Positions 10,056-23,015 of a stretch of DNA of 64,000 bases are shown in pieces. Source of the DNA: Limnochordia bacterium (lineage in GTDB: Bacteria > Bacillota > Limnochordia > DTU080); the NCBI GenBank assembly GCA_050951545.1, contig JBMNJG010000009.1, positions 1-64,000 of the forward strand, given 5' to 3'. Numbering within the stretch: the first letter of the stretch is position 1; each line of letters opens with the position of its first letter. The notes under the pieces are model-generated. The model saw nothing but the letters and a program-made list of their open reading frames with translations, had not been told where the DNA came from and ran no database searches. Both the position numbers and the translations under genes were made by a program.

Positions 10056-10937
10056 TCACGCTGCTTGCGTGGTCACTCCCCACCCTAGTTGAAGCCAAAC
10101 CCGCCCTGGGTACTCCACCTGTAGTGTCTGTCCATCACTGGTCATCAGGATGGTACCCGCCTCGTCTGTGCGCAACACCACGATGCCTCGTGCCTCTAGG
10201 CGCTCTAGGACCGCCGGGTGTGGCAAGCCATAGCGATTAGCTCGCCCGACCATGATCACCGCGTAGGTGGGATCCACTGCCTGCAAAAAGAGCTGTATGC
10301 TCGAGGTGTTGCTGCCATGGTGAGCCACCTTCAGCACATCGGCTGCTAACTCATACCTCGAAGCAAGCATCTCCGTTTCGGAGATACGCTCAGCATCACC
10401 AGCAAAAAGAAAGCTGGTCTTGCCATAGGTCATCCGTAGCACGGCACTGTAATCGTTCAGGCTCTTGTACCCCGCACTGCCGGGTGCAACTAGCGCAGCC
10501 TCTATCCCGTCACCCAGCTTCAAATCCACGCCAGCCTTAGCCTCGTGGATCCTGAGACCCTTGTCTCTTATGGTAAGCAACAGATCCTCGTAGGTCTTTG
10601 TAGTGTGCGTGACCCGCGGCATGTAGATGCTTCCTACATCAAAGCCCTCAATGACGCTAGCCATACCACCGATGTGATCGGCGTGCGGGTGGGTAGCAAT
10701 CACGTGATCTAGCTTCGCGACACCCTGCTGGCGCAGGTAGGCCATAAGGCTCGCAACCGTCGCTTTCTCACCAGCATCGATCAGAATATTGCCCCCCGTG
10801 GGCGTCTGTATCAAAATGGCATCTGCCTGACCCACGTCGATGAAATGAACCCGCAGGGATGAGGCCCATGCGAAAGGTGTCATACACAGAATGGCCAAGG
10901 CCCAAATGATGGCGAGTCGAGTTTTGGTTGTAGTCAT
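10056..10937 (-). CDS. ComEC/Rec2-related secreted MBL-fold hydrolase (nuclease-like)
   Basis: VHFIDVGQADAILI, THPHADHIGG, FAGDAE, LKVAHHGS, YGLPH and RTDEAG motifs; signal peptide. Confidence 0.9.
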   Translation of the reverse strand: MTTTKTRLAIIWALAILCMTPFAWASSLRVHFIDVGQADAILIQTPTGGNILIDAGEKATVASLMAYLRQQGVAKLDHVIATHPHADHIGGMASVIEGFDVGSIYMPRVTHTTKTYEDLLLTIRDKGLRIHEAKAGVDLKLGDGIEAALVAPGSAGYKSLNDYSAVLRMTYGKTSFLFAGDAERISETEMLASRYELAADVLKVAHHGSNTSSIQLFLQAVDPTYAVIMVGRANRYGLPHPAVLERLEARGIVVLRTDEAGTILMTSDGQTLQVEYPGRVWLQLGWGVTTQAA

Positions 10938-11437
10938 TCATGCATCCTCCTTGCCTCTCGTACAAAATGGTTTCTTCACCCATGGGGTTTGTGCCTTGCC
11001 CGCGTTACCGTTTTTACCCAGTTTCATGCGTCCCACCTACAAGGAAAACGTTCGCAAACGACAGGAGTTAGGCCGACAATCTCGAATACCACAATCGCAT
11101 ATGCGCCCTAGACGATAGCCCTTATTACCACCAAGGAAAGGCGACGCTTCATCAATAGCCCACAACTCTGCCAGTAGCGATGAAAAGGCCAGGCCAGGAA
11201 TCTGATGGGCACAGAGAGGATGTACGAACATTGACGAAGAGGGCGATGGTCTGTCTGCTGCTGGTCATCATTCTCTCTAGCAGCTTAGGCGTGGCCACGC
11301 AAGCGTCTGGCAAGGCGGATTTCCCTATAGACATGACCGAAGAAACCTTGCAGCCCGTGTTTTCCGTGGTACGCTATAGCCACCCCACAAGCGAAGCGTT
11401 GCAGTCCGCAAGAGATCAGCGAAAGGAAGACCAGACG

Positions 11438-11647
11438 ATGGGCGAGTTCAAGCTAGTAATCGACCGGTTCGAAGGGTCTTGGGCCGTAGTTGAGTACGAT
11501 GGCGAAACGTTTGACATGCCGCGCAGCCTACTGCCAGCGGCAGCAAAGGAAGGAGATACGCTCACCCTTACCCTCCGAGTGGATCCCTCAGATACGGCTG
11601 AGCGGAAGAAAAGGATAGAGAATCTGATTGACGATCTGTTCTTGTAG
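11438..11647 (+). CDS. DUF3006 family protein
   Basis: VIDRFEGSWAVVE...PRSLLPAAAKEGD...IENLIDDLF pattern; AAAGGA RBS; the family commonly neighbours ComEC-like MBL genes. Confidence 0.8.
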   Translation: MGEFKLVIDRFEGSWAVVEYDGETFDMPRSLLPAAAKEGDTLTLTLRVDPSDTAERKKRIENLIDDLFL

Positions 11648-11802
11648 GACATGCCTGCCACGCGCAAGGCAGGCAGGAACACGCACGCTGACCTCGAATG
11701 TCGTTGGCAGTTAGGGTGGCGCTGCCCGCCATAGGCTGGCCACACAGAATGCCGTCATCTCGATGGCGTAGCACAAAAACGATGAACAAGGGGAGTCATC
11801 GC

Positions 11803-12291
11803 ATGGACAGTATCATCATCAGAAAGATGATTGACTCTGACGTGGAGGAACTCGTAGCCATTGCGTGTGCAGCGTGGACACCGATCTATGAGTTTCGTCA
11901 GCAGACGCTGGGTGACGAGCTTTTCACCCTCGTGCACGAAAACTGGCAGGAAGACAAATCAGAGCAGATCAGATCGGCGTGTAGAAGACGAGACACCGTC
12001 GATGTATGGGTCGCTGAAGAGGACGGCAAACCTGTTGGGTTCGTGACCTTCACATGCGACGCGAACAGGGTGGGTAGGATCGGTAACAACGCTGTCCATC
12101 CAAGCTGCCAAGGTCGGGGCATCGCCTCGATGCTGTATCAGCGGGCCTTAGACGAAATGCGCGCCAGAGGTATGCGTGCGGCACGTGTCGTCACTGGGGG
12201 CGATCCCGCACACGCGCCTGCCCGACGAGCATACGAGAAGGCTGGTTTTAGCCTGCCCTTGCCCTCGGTGGAGTATTTTCGTTTTCTGTAA
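11803..12291 (+). CDS. GNAT family N-acetyltransferase
   Basis: NAVHPSCQGRGIA acetyl-CoA motif A and ARRAYEKAGF. Confidence 0.9.
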   Translation: MDSIIIRKMIDSDVEELVAIACAAWTPIYEFRQQTLGDELFTLVHENWQEDKSEQIRSACRRRDTVDVWVAEEDGKPVGFVTFTCDANRVGRIGNNAVHPSCQGRGIASMLYQRALDEMRARGMRAARVVTGGDPAHAPARRAYEKAGFSLPLPSVEYFRFL

Positions 12292-12379
12292 CATTAGGAA
12301 CGCACGGCGTGGGTGATCCGGGTAACTGCTAGGTATGAAGGTGATCAGATCAGCCTTGATCTCTCTAGCTGCTCTTTAC

Positions 12380-13118
12380 GCGACCTGGTCTCAAGAGCAA
12401 CTTAGCGCCGCCGTAGGCGACTATCACCGAGTACGGTGTTTCACTGCCTGAACTCCAGATTGGTCGTTACAGCCACACTGCGATGCTCGTAGCAGCTCGC
12501 GACTACGTTGAACAGAAGCTCAGCACCATGCCGATGTAGTGGCACAAAACCCCCACTCATCCAGGACATAGAAATCGCATTTCCCCGGCTCTGGATGAAT
12601 TGGCCGAGTGTTCTTCTGGCGCTGTGGCAGCGCGATGTCGTCCCAACAGTAATCCTGTAGCGTCTTGCCACACGCGAAAGCCGCTCGTTTGAGAGCCCTA
12701 CGGACGCGATTCCCTTCTCGCACTCGCAACTCCTCGGCGAAGAGTTCCGTAAGGTACTGCTCGTTCCCGTCGTGTGTGATCTCATTGAACACACGTGGTA
12801 CGGCATCCAGCCGACGCACCTTGCACTGCTCCCTAAGTAGTGACATGCGAAGGCATCTCCCTTCGATAGGTTGGTGATAGCCGGTTGTAGATCGTTGTGT
12901 CAGGGCTCAAGACCAGCCACTTCGCGTGGGGTGTGCTGTTCTGCTAAGGGTGATGGAATCGCGTTCTCTGGGTCGACGGCATACAGCCTTTGTGCCAGGC
13001 CTGCCCGATCGTCCTGACGCTCTGGGGGTAAGGTAGCCAAAGCACTCGCAATCTGAGCTATTGGATAGGCTTTCAGAATGTCACGTAGCAACCGAACCCC
13101 TGCAGAACGCCTGCACAT
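12380..13118 (-). pseudogene. istB: IS21-family remnant: istA 3' end and internally deleted, frameshifted istB
   Basis: IstB N-terminus (YLTELFAEELRVREGNRVRRALKRAAF..KTLQDY) jumps to the Walker B region (VLDEWGF; next frame ELLFNVVASCYEHRSVAVTTNLEF then stop); Walker A missing. Boundaries approximate. Confidence 0.8.
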
Positions 13119-13187
13119 GCAAATCAGGGAGGTATTGGACCCGGCGCGGTGCCTATAACATCTTGGCTGCCATTCTGTGCACTTTCA

Positions 13188-13347
13188 TTATGCCAAACAC
13201 ACCCCCGTGCGGGGGCGACCTTCAATAGAACCGCAGCTCAGAGGCTGCGGAAACGTTTCAATCCACGCCCCCGTGTGGGGGGCGACTGCGAGGCAAGCGA
13301 GCCCAGCATGCCACCGAAGGTGTTTCAATCCACGCCCCCGTGCGGGG
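13188..13347 (-). CRISPR. Trailer block of the type I-C array: degenerate terminal repeat, one near-perfect repeat, one IS-truncated repeat, 2 spacers
   Basis: 13188-13219 degenerate; 13255-13286 has one substitution; 13322-13347 holds the first 26 nt of the + strand repeat and then IS sequence. Confidence 0.9.
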
Positions 13348-15121
13348 CTGGTCCTTACCCTCACTGGACACCGTGGCTCATGGTGAGCCGGCGAATATGC
13401 TGAACAACTCAACTGCTTCCACTGCGTTGTCCAAGTGCTGCAACCCGCGCCAAAGAACCTGGGTGCCGGGCATGCCGTCGCTTTTTCGCCCCAAGTGTCC
13501 GCCTAGCTGCCCAACCATCCGAACCGCTTCAGCCATGGTAGGTGGTTTGTCCGGTGGACGAGGGTTCTTGGTGACAAGGCAGCACAGCGTTTTCCATTCA
13601 ACGTCAGTAAAGAATGAAGTGCAAGCAACATCGGGGGTGTCCCGGCCCAGCATGGTCAGGTGGTAGATCCTCCAGGCCACGACCATGTCCAGTCCAATAC
13701 AGGCTTGCAGGCTATCAGCTGTGCCGAGTTGCCGATTGCGGATACGACAGCCACTCTTCAGCGTACGATGGTATGCTTCAATACCCCAGCGGCCAGCGTA
13801 CCATTCCACTCTCGTTTTGGCATCCTCCGCAGTCTCGACCGGGACCGTCGTGAGTAGCATCCATTCTAGCGGTACTGTCGGTTGCGCAGTATCGCTTTCC
13901 GGAGGGAGCTCTGAAAGGCGGACTGCCCATAGCGCTATAGGTGGTCCCTTGGCATCGCGTTTAGGGGGACGCACCTCTACCTTGGAAAAACGCAGCTCAA
14001 CCCAAGTATCGCGAGCTTTTCGAGAGCCAGCATGTGGAATGTGAATTCTGAGCTTCGCGGCCACGTCGCGGGCAGCCAAAAAATCCCACAGGTAGCTTTG
14101 TTCTTCTTCATCAACTTTGCGAAGACGCGCCCTATCAGACCTGATCAGAAGCCCAGGCCCGAGAGGATCCTTGGTTGCCTCGACAAGCAATTCATAGATG
14201 TCAGATTCACGATCACCGACACTGACGATCAGTGTATCGGGACACAGCTTCTGTATCTCGGCCACCTTGCGATAACTGTGCAGCCACTTGATACTTTCCT
14301 TTTCCTCGATAGGTAGCCGCTGTCTTTTCATGCTTTTGCCAGTTTCCTGTGGGTCGCGTACCCAACATTGCGCATCGAGAATTCCTAACGGCGTTCCCTC
14401 TGGCGTAAAAGCCAAGGTATCGTGCAAGAGCATACCGAGACCCTCACCGCCGGAACCTGTGGGACCAAGCCCCTCCGTCATAGGATGCGTATTATAATCG
14501 AGAGTGGTGGTATCCTGAGGGGCGAGCACCACGGGATGCTCTTTGATACGCTCAATTGTGGCCTCCGTATGAGGCGTGAGTATTACGTCCATGCTAACCG
14601 CCTTATTGTTGAAGAATCGATATGCCGCCATCGTGCGAGCCTTCGAACCGCATGCCTCTGGTATGTTCGCCTCGGAGTTATTGTAGAAATCCTGAGCGAG
14701 TATGTACAGACGCTGCTTCAGCCTTTCGTCAAAGAAACGAACGGTGCCAAACTCCTCTTCAGCCCAGTGAGCTGGCTCTTCAGGCCGAGGTAGCTCACAT
14801 AGTTGCACTGGTGGAGCCTGACACAGACTTTGCCGCCACTCAGCGCAAAGAGGATAGAGAAAGATTCGCTTCCGAACACCGTCTCGCCTTCCTGCTGTGA
14901 CGCCGACTTCCTCCCAGTTGGCCGCTTTGTAGCATGTGCCTAAGAAATGAGAAGGATCGACAAAGCTCTCTACCAATAACGGGCGAACGGCGTAGCGCTC
15001 GTCCCAATCGTCCGCCAGCCGAGCAAGCGCCAAGGATAGCACGTGCGAGGCCAGATTGGGTACTTCCACCGAGGGTGCGATCAAGAAGCGAGCATTGCAG
15101 ACAACCTGTGGCAAATTCGCT
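13348..15121 (-). mobile_element. IS4-family (IS50/Tn5-like) element with DUF4338-like N-terminal domain, 5'-truncated, inside a CRISPR repeat
   Basis: Right end TGAGGGTAAGGACCAG (minus strand) abuts the cut repeat at 13347/13348; the other junction (15121/15122) is mid-coding and has no matching inverted repeat. Confidence 0.85.
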
Positions 15122-17279
<2,158 letters not shown>

Positions 17280-17461
17280 AGCATGCCACCCAAAACCCGT
17301 TGTTATCGATGTTTCTGGGTGTGTTCTCGGGAACCCCTCACTCATCTCACCTCTTCAGATAGCCGCCTGTCTCACGCGATCATCGAAAACACGTTGCTGA
17401 GGCCCTTTTAGCGCTTCTGCGAACCCCCCTGGGGTTCCCTGATAGCTTAGGGTTCGCAACG
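17280..17461 (-). promoter_or_regulatory. CRISPR leader
   Basis: Non-coding 182 bp between the cas2 stop and the first repeat, containing inverted TGCGAACCC...GGGTTCGCA motifs typical of I-C leaders. Confidence 0.8.
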
Positions 17462-17752
17462 CTAGACCACGAGCGGGCCCTGTGGGTCATACGATGGCTT
17501 GGCGCCCACGTGCTCGACCCGCTTCTTCCAATTGCTTCCAAGGAAGTAAAAACGAAGGCTATCCTGATCTTTGTCAACCGCACACTCCAGGCGATTCCGA
17601 AGTACCGCCCATTGCGCTGGATCCACCAAACACTCGAATACCGAGTTCTGCACACGCTGCCCATAGTTCTCGCAAATTCTGGCTACCTTCCGAAGTCTTC
17701 TCTGCCCGTCAGGATTTTGCGTGGATACATCATAGGTGACGAGCACAAGCAC
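17462..17752 (-). CDS. cas2: CRISPR-associated endonuclease Cas2
   Basis: 96 aa; VLVTYDV, RRLRKVARICENYGQRVQNSVFEC, DSLRFYFLG. Confidence 0.97.
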   Translation of the reverse strand: MLVLVTYDVSTQNPDGQRRLRKVARICENYGQRVQNSVFECLVDPAQWAVLRNRLECAVDKDQDSLRFYFLGSNWKKRVEHVGAKPSYDPQGPLVV

Positions 17753-17756
17753 CCCT

Positions 17757-18788
17757 TCACCTCCATAGGAATGCAGGGTATGCGTCCAGATCACCACGCA
17801 GATAGCGAGCCATCAGCATCGCTTGAGCATGCGGCAAAAGCCCGAGCGCGATCTTTTCGTTTAGGAACGGGTGTTTGATCTCATCCTGTTTCCGCGCCTG
17901 GTAGGCGACGATAACTACCTTGCGTGTCTTATCATCCATGTATACGGCCCCACTTTCAGCCCGGTCAAAGCCCGAGGGGTCCACCTGCTGGCGGTTGATA
18001 AGTGACAACACAAGTCGGTCGCCGAGCAAAGGGCGCATCTCTTCCATAAGGTCGAGTGCGAGACCTGCCCTCCCGGGTCGATCGCGATGCAGAAAGCCGA
18101 CTGCAGGGTCCAGACCTACACCCTCAAGCGCAGAAGCCACGTCATGCGCAAGCAAAGTGTACACAAACGAGAGCAGCGAATTCACGTTATCCATGGGTGG
18201 CCTACGACTGCGCTGGCGAAAGTAGAAAGACTCCTTGTGATTAATGATCAGATGATCGAACACACCAAAGTATGCCCGAGCCGCTTCGCCCTCTGCTCCT
18301 CGTATACTGTCGAGTCCCGCGCTGGGATCCAGGCCCTTTAGCACACGTGCCAACCGCTCTGCAGCGCCTTGAACAGCTGATCTACCCTGCATGTCTGGCC
18401 GATCACGGGTAGCCCTAAGCAAAACGACGCGACTGTTGACGATCTTTGCCCCCACCACACTCCAGGCCATTTGAGCTGCTTCCACGGGATCATCTGCTCT
18501 TCGGTACTGCTCCCTCCGCAGCAACACGTTGCCGGAAACTGGGCCATTCACCCGCGCCAGAAAGCGGCCGTTGATAGTCAGAAAGGAAAGAGCTACTTGT
18601 CGCTCGCCGCAAAGGCCCATAAGAGCAGGGCTGCAACCGACACGACCAAAACAGACTATTCCGTCCAAGGTGTGTATGGGTACCCGAAGAACGTCCTTCT
18701 GATCCACCCGTACCGCAACCGTTTCGCCATCGCGGGCGAGGTAACCCCCCTGAGTTGTGACGTACAAAGTGTTCAGCAGTCGCTTCAT
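17757..18788 (-). CDS. cas1: Type I-C Cas1
   Basis: 343 aa; MKRLLNTLYVTTQG, RGAEGEAARAYF, GFLHRDRPGRAGLALDLMEE. Confidence 0.98.
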   Translation of the reverse strand: MKRLLNTLYVTTQGGYLARDGETVAVRVDQKDVLRVPIHTLDGIVCFGRVGCSPALMGLCGERQVALSFLTINGRFLARVNGPVSGNVLLRREQYRRADDPVEAAQMAWSVVGAKIVNSRVVLLRATRDRPDMQGRSAVQGAAERLARVLKGLDPSAGLDSIRGAEGEAARAYFGVFDHLIINHKESFYFRQRSRRPPMDNVNSLLSFVYTLLAHDVASALEGVGLDPAVGFLHRDRPGRAGLALDLMEEMRPLLGDRLVLSLINRQQVDPSGFDRAESGAVYMDDKTRKVVIVAYQARKQDEIKHPFLNEKIALGLLPHAQAMLMARYLRGDLDAYPAFLWR

Positions 18789-19481
18789 TCAGTTCTCAAC
18801 ATCCTCCCCCCAAGTGTCACGGAAGCCAGCAGCGAGGTACCCAGCTGCGCTTCTATTACCCTGGGTAACTTTCGGCATACATAGGTCTATCAGGGAACAA
18901 CTCTTGCATTTCGGCCCATACTGTGCTGCTGGTGTAGTACCCGATGAGAACAGAACGTGCAACTGCTGGATGAGCTCTTTGGTCGTCGCACGCAAGCCTT
19001 CACTGAACGGAACGTTCTCGCGGCGCCTGGAGGCCCCATGGAATATCGCTCCTTCACTAACCTCAACCCCAAGCATCTCTTCGATACACAGAGCTTGACA
19101 GCAGAGCTGCACCCTGTGCGAATCATCACTGCGAGGAAGACCTCGTTTGTACTCCACCGGGAACGGTTTCCACCAACCCGCGTAAGTGCCTAATGACACG
19201 CCACCATCCCATTCAGACCCCTCGCAACGGAGGAATTCGACGGCATCCGCCTGACCAACAACACCGAGCCGGAGCGACCGCAGGGGCAACGCGCGGACAG
19301 TTATCACCTCCCCGCGCGTGTCCCGACCCAGGTCATGTACCCTGTCATGTAACAGACTACCCTCAGCGGTCAGGAGGTTTTCCTCCCATTGTCGCTCTAG
19401 ATGGATTAACGCGCAGCGACGAGGACAGAACGCAAGATGCTGAATAGCTGATATGGGAAGCAGTTCATCTTCTGCGAACAT
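18789..19481 (-). CDS. cas4: Cas4
   Basis: ISAIQHLAFCPR, GQADAVEF, PVEYKRG, QLCCQA and CKSCSLIDLC Fe-S cysteines. Confidence 0.96.
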   Translation of the reverse strand: MFAEDELLPISAIQHLAFCPRRCALIHLERQWEENLLTAEGSLLHDRVHDLGRDTRGEVITVRALPLRSLRLGVVGQADAVEFLRCEGSEWDGGVSLGTYAGWWKPFPVEYKRGLPRSDDSHRVQLCCQALCIEEMLGVEVSEGAIFHGASRRRENVPFSEGLRATTKELIQQLHVLFSSGTTPAAQYGPKCKSCSLIDLCMPKVTQGNRSAAGYLAAGFRDTWGEDVEN

Positions 19482-19504
19482 GGGCCTTGTCCATCGCCTC
19501 CGCA

Positions 19505-20515
19505 CTAATCCACCACGATCTCTGCTGGAGCCTTATCCCATGTAATGCCTATAGTGCCATCCTCTATCCGTCCAGCAAAACCCACTTGTACGCCGTGCGG
19601 TAGCCTACTCCCATGGAACGTCACCTCGTAGTCCGAGTAAGCCCGCGGCACTACTACGCCCTCCCGCCTGCGAACCTCGACAAGGTCAAACAGCTGATGC
19701 GAAGCCGCACAGCCAAGTTTCGCCTGTCGGGCCCTCTGCGCGCTATCGCTATCTGTGCCCACATGCTTGAAGACGAAGACTGGCTCACGCATCGTCATGA
19801 TACCCTTGCTGGCCGAGCGATCGTGTTCGTACATCTGCAACAAAGCCTCCCAGAAAAGTGATAGATCCTCTTCCGTGAAGCCTGTATCGGCGGCTAGATT
19901 AGCGCTAATGAAGCCTTTCCCCATGTACAAACCATATGGAATGAGAGTCTTCCGTCCCATGGTCCGTAGCTTGTCTTCGGGCTGTTCGGCTTCCCAAGCA
20001 GCGTATTCCTCACTCGTGGTCACTTTCGTCGGACTATCCGCTACCGCTACCCTCGTGATAGATACATCCAAAGGAAGTACAGGATCCACAGATCGAGCAA
20101 ATGTCATCTGAACCGGGCCCCGCACTTGTCCAGCGTTGCCCCCTGTACTCATTACTGCTCCAAAGGTTCGTACATCATAGAAGTGCCTGCAGATCCAGGC
20201 ACGCGCCCTACTGACCTCATCAACGTTCGCCCCCTTTTTGGGGACCCGGCCATTGGCCTCTTCGTGCGCCAGGGCAATTGTCCTGTTGATGTTAGTTGCA
20301 TGCTGAATCAGTATGGCGTGTGGCGACGCGTTGTCGCCATATGCCTGCACATAGTTGCGAATGCGCCTCTTCAAGGCTACATCAGACACCCAGCCATGCA
20401 TCGTCTCGGGATCCACCCGTGGCGCGTTCCCGGCATCAGGGTCACCGTTGGGATTTCCATTCTCGCAATCAAACAGAAACAGGAACTCGAAACGGTTAGC
20501 AATGATCTCACTCAC
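19505..20515 (-). CDS. cas7: Type I-C Cas7 (Csd2)
   Basis: [38 protein letters not shown] and EHDRSASKG motifs. Confidence 0.97.
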   Translation of the reverse strand: MSEIIANRFEFLFLFDCENGNPNGDPDAGNAPRVDPETMHGWVSDVALKRRIRNYVQAYGDNASPHAILIQHATNINRTIALAHEEANGRVPKKGANVDEVSRARAWICRHFYDVRTFGAVMSTGGNAGQVRGPVQMTFARSVDPVLPLDVSITRVAVADSPTKVTTSEEYAAWEAEQPEDKLRTMGRKTLIPYGLYMGKGFISANLAADTGFTEEDLSLFWEALLQMYEHDRSASKGIMTMREPVFVFKHVGTDSDSAQRARQAKLGCAASHQLFDLVEVRRREGVVVPRAYSDYEVTFHGSRLPHGVQVGFAGRIEDGTIGITWDKAPAEIVVD

Positions 20516-22274
20516 TTACCTCAGCCTCCTCTGGCGCGGCCGCGTTACGCTTGGTTCTCAAGTCAGCCATCTGCTGATAATAGCCTAGAGCAAATACGCT
20601 CTGTTGCTCCAGCGAAAGAGCTGTAGGCAACTCATCACCTATAGCACTCCAAATGCTTGACAGATGGCCTTCATACCAATAAGCAAGGCCTTTCTCCATC
20701 TTTCCGAGGTGGAACTGACTGGTGCGCGTGAGTCTGCCTAGCACCAGTGCAGGCGTGCTACTTGCTGCAGCGTAGTAACGCTGAACTACCCCGGCCCCCA
20801 CATCACCGAGAGCCGCCCTCTGAACTGCGGCCAGAACGGCCATTAGCCTGCCGCAGTGATAGGCTGCATCTGAATGCGCCTCGTTTAGATGCGTTTGCAG
20901 CTCAGTCATTGTCATCCCTTCCTTCCGCCGTGCCCATCGCAGTTGGTACGCCTTCATCAGGGCCACTCTATAGCAGTTGGATCGACCACCCCTAAGGAGT
21001 TCCGAATGCCATTGCTGAAGAGCCCCAGCCATAGCTGACGGCGGGATCATCTCATTGCAAACTGCAGCCCGCCACATCATTGCCGCTAACGGAGCGGAGC
21101 AATCCTCCAACCGCCTTGCACTAGCTGCTAGCAGAGTGCTGATACGTGGTTCTGGCAGCAGACCATTGCCATCGGGAGCGACCAGCGCCAGATCCGTGAA
21201 CCACGCCTGAACGTTTCCCAACAGATCCTCAAAGGGGCCCTCCATCCAATCACGGATCATTGTCCGACCCGCCGCTCCTGATACCGTAATGGCATAATAA
21301 CGGTTTCCGGCGAGGTTTGGGCGCTCTCCAGTGCGTATCGCCCGCAGCAGCTGATCGGCTCGCCGCCCTGCGTCTAGCTCCACGAGTTCCTCATCTTCCG
21401 TGAGCCAAGACAGAGGGTCTTCCTCATCGCTCAAGCTGTCTTTGTACCAATGCGCGACCTTGGCTCCGACCAGAATCCGAGAGTTGTGACGCAAAAGGTG
21501 ATTCAGCCCCGCTCGGTAGGCCGCTGCCGAGGCCTCAGATACCGCTGCATTGGCAGACTGCTTCAGGCCATAGGAGCAATAGGCATCTTTGTCGAAGCCG
21601 ATCAGTGAACTCCCCATCGTGCTGCCGCCAACACTTGCCAACCCCTGGATCTTCGGATGCGTCGCCACTGGGATCACCAGATCCCCGGTGACGAAACAGC
21701 GCATTCGCCCCGTTGATCCTTTAGCCTTCGTTGCACCGCCGGCTGAAGCCGCCAGCTGCTCGCGAAACTCCCGCCACCAGTCATGCCAAGCAGATGATTC
21801 GACTGGAAACCTGCCAGCAATCTGGATAGTAACGTTATCGGTGGATGTGCACTTCTGCTCCTCCAGGTCCTTGCGAATGGCCTCCAATTGCTGCCCGTCG
21901 CCTAGGCACTTTGCAGCGGCACGCAGTTCAGGCATCACTTCACTTGCCTGTCGCAAGAGGCCAAGAAAGAAATCATGCTTTGCCCGTTCTTTGGCGCCAG
22001 GATTCTTCGAAACACAGGCCACGACATCCGCTTTTTCAATCAGAAACTGGCTTCGTACCTCACTCCCTCTTACGAGTTCGGGTTGACTTAGTTCCGGGCA
22101 CACGGGGAACTCACGTCCTGGATCGTTCTTCTGAGATGCATCGCCCAATCGAATCGAGTGCAAGTACCGCCCATCGCCATCGCACACAATTGCCCACTTG
22201 GCATACCGACGGCTGAACCCGGGCTCTGAATCGACTCCATGCCTGCGGGCATAGTCGCGCAGTAGGCTCAGCAC
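20508..22274 (-). CDS. cas8c: Type I-C Cas8c (Csd1)
   Basis: [39 protein letters not shown] and FALGYYQQ motifs; operon position. Confidence 0.95.
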   Translation of the reverse strand: MLSLLRDYARRHGVDSEPGFSRRYAKWAIVCDGDGRYLHSIRLGDASQKNDPGREFPVCPELSQPELVRGSEVRSQFLIEKADVVACVSKNPGAKERAKHDFFLGLLRQASEVMPELRAAAKCLGDGQQLEAIRKDLEEQKCTSTDNVTIQIAGRFPVESSAWHDWWREFREQLAASAGGATKAKGSTGRMRCFVTGDLVIPVATHPKIQGLASVGGSTMGSSLIGFDKDAYCSYGLKQSANAAVSEASAAAYRAGLNHLLRHNSRILVGAKVAHWYKDSLSDEEDPLSWLTEDEELVELDAGRRADQLLRAIRTGERPNLAGNRYYAITVSGAAGRTMIRDWMEGPFEDLLGNVQAWFTDLALVAPDGNGLLPEPRISTLLAASARRLEDCSAPLAAMMWRAAVCNEMIPPSAMAGALQQWHSELLRGGRSNCYRVALMKAYQLRWARRKEGMTMTELQTHLNEAHSDAAYHCGRLMAVLAAVQRAALGDVGAGVVQRYYAAASSTPALVLGRLTRTSQFHLGKMEKGLAYWYEGHLSSIWSAIGDELPTALSLEQQSVFALGYYQQMADLRTKRNAAAPEEAEVSE

Positions 22275-22278
22275 TGAG

Positions 22279-23001
22279 TCACCGCCTTTCCCCCTTTAGT
22301 ACTTGTGAACTCTCATATCTGGGTACTAGCATGACGCCCTCATTCACTCTCGCCTGGAACAGGCTGATGCACGGTTCGCTGTCACTATCCCCTGGGAGCG
22401 AAAGATCGAACACATCATAGAGCATCAGGCCCAGGTCTGCGCTCCAGGGCACGGTTGGTGAGCGCTCCACCCCCTCATCCAGCAACTCGAAGAAGGCTGG
22501 GAACTCTCGACAGCCGAAATACGGATGGTGGAAGCACTGACCCCGACTCGCCCGTCGACGAAACTGAGACTCCAAGGCCTGTATACGATGAGCGTGACCC
22601 GGCCATGGCTGAATGTGAGCATGTAGCCGATAGTGCACGTTCTTCAATGCAACCGTCTGGCGCTGGGTGCGTTGTTCTGGACTATCTGCCAATAGCGGAC
22701 TTACTGACTTCGTACCACGCATCCAACTCCTGACATTGGCCGATGAGATCCTGCCTATGACTTCATTGCGCCTCAGAGATATATAGCTCGGCATCGAGAG
22801 GACCTCTATCTTCGTGACCTGCCAACGAAACTGCGCCATGACCGGGTCCCGATGTGGCTTGCAGTAAATCGCGTCGAAAATCCCACGAGCAGCCGACGGC
22901 GTGATCACAGGGTAAGAGAACCTTTCGACTTTGAGCTCAGGACGAGAAAAACATGCGAGCTCACCCCACACCTCAAGGATCTGATTCCTGGGTTCCATCA
23001 T
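22279..23001 (-). CDS. cas5: Type I-C Cas5 (Cas5c/d)
   Basis: VWGELACFSRPELKVERFSYPVITPSAARGIFDAI and GQCFHHPYFGCREFPA motifs. Confidence 0.97.
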   Translation of the reverse strand: MMEPRNQILEVWGELACFSRPELKVERFSYPVITPSAARGIFDAIYCKPHRDPVMAQFRWQVTKIEVLSMPSYISLRRNEVIGRISSANVRSWMRGTKSVSPLLADSPEQRTQRQTVALKNVHYRLHAHIQPWPGHAHRIQALESQFRRRASRGQCFHHPYFGCREFPAFFELLDEGVERSPTVPWSADLGLMLYDVFDLSLPGDSDSEPCISLFQARVNEGVMLVPRYESSQVLKGERR

Positions 23002-23015
23002 ACCCAGCCCCCCCC

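Noticed and set aside
13304-13315. 12-bp CAGCATGCCACC shared between a trailer spacer and the leader-repeat junction (17279-17290)
   Set aside because: The match does not extend on either side, and 12-bp coincidences are expected by chance in 64 kb.
14880-15121. Druantia anti-phage system suggested by the DUF4338/DruA-like domain
   Set aside because: The domain is a truncated part of an IS transposase and no other dru genes (e.g. the DruE helicase) are present.
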